35,759 nucleotides of DNA from a virus (taxonomy: Duplodnaviria; Caudoviricetes): positions 1 through 35,759 of the IMG/VR virus record IMGVR_UViG_3300037608_000191; one strand, written 5' to 3'. The notes under the pieces are model-generated. The model was not told where the DNA came from and did no database searches. It saw only the letters and a program-made list of their open reading frames with translations. The translations under genes were made by a program, and so were the position numbers. Below, one piece after another: positions 35,454 through 35,759 of this stretch (position 1 is the first letter of the stretch; each line of letters starts with the position of its first letter).

Positions 35454-35488
35454 GACCCTTTCCCGCCCCCCTCCGCGCACCCTTTTCA
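35454..35488 (-). repeat. Putative right-end transposase binding sites
   Basis: CACCCTTTTCA (35478-88) is the exact reverse complement of 646-656; second ACCCTT at 35455-60, 24 bp away. Confidence 0.6.
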
Positions 35489-35594
35489 TTCTTTATGCGC
35501 GGTTACCAGACCACAGAGCATATGATGATGACGTCACTATTGGGCGCCTGTCTCGTCTGTCGGGGGGCGCGAGACGGGCCTCTGATCGAACATC

Positions 35595-35759
35595 ATGGAA
35601 TCGGCAACCAAGGCTGCTTTGCGTCGTCGTCCGGGGGGCCCGTCCCCGGGCCTTTCGAAGAGCGAATGGCGCCTGCGGATGGCCCTGGATGCCGCCGGCA
35701 TGGTGACGTGGGAATGGGACCTCCGATCCGACGTCATCCGCTATTCCGACAACGTGGCC
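35595..35759 (+). CDS. Host PAS-domain sensor protein, 5' part only
   Basis: SEWRLRMALDAAGMVTWEWDLRSDVIRYSD, a typical PAS_3 lead-in; open at the window end. Confidence 0.8.
   Translation, partial: MESATKAALRRRPGGPSPGLSKSEWRLRMALDAAGMVTWEWDLRSDVIRYSDNVA

Larger units (their letters stand above)
520..35515. mobile_element. Mu-like transposable prophage, apparently complete; ends approximate
   Basis: DDE transposase, MuB, Gam, DUF3486-like/terminase/DUF935 portal, MuF, G, protease I, DUF1320; inverted end motifs at 646-680 and 35454-35488; non-phage sequence on both sides. Confidence 0.9.

Noticed and set aside
523-35513. GACCC/GACCA as a 5-bp target duplication (ends 528/35508)
   Set aside because: Only a 4/5 match among many TG/CA candidates, so not reliable

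Overview
A GC-rich bacterial window almost entirely filled by an apparently complete, ~35 kb Mu-like (transposable) prophage with a non-contractile tail, running from about 520-645 to about 35515. The layout is atypical. The repressor/Ner-like switch is central (~15.4 kb). The right arm (+) carries ParB-like, DDE transposase, MuB, Gam, MuF, G, protease, capsid and tail genes. The left arm (-) carries a repressor-linked defence-like operon (KTSC, MTase-Mrr fusion, orphan BrnT, RexAB-like pair), a non-canonical lysis-position cluster, the packaging genes, and a terminal 'mom-position' operon. That operon has a structured leader, a Cys-rich small protein, an ABC-ATPase-GNAT fusion and an ALDH1L1-type formyltransferase, and is the best candidate for an undescribed DNA-modification system. 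Five copies of a promoter motif (CAGAACCCGCA-N29-31-[T/C]AnnnT-N6-7-start codon) suggest a leaderless late regulon. Two palindromic repeat families sit in frame inside phage genes. The left flank has tandem tRNA-Ser(UGA) 3' fragments with a 61-nt structured insertion in the anticodon, bracketing a GIY-YIG nuclease gene. The right flank is the start of a host PAS-domain gene. Family calls come from motif recognition by eye; no database searches were run.
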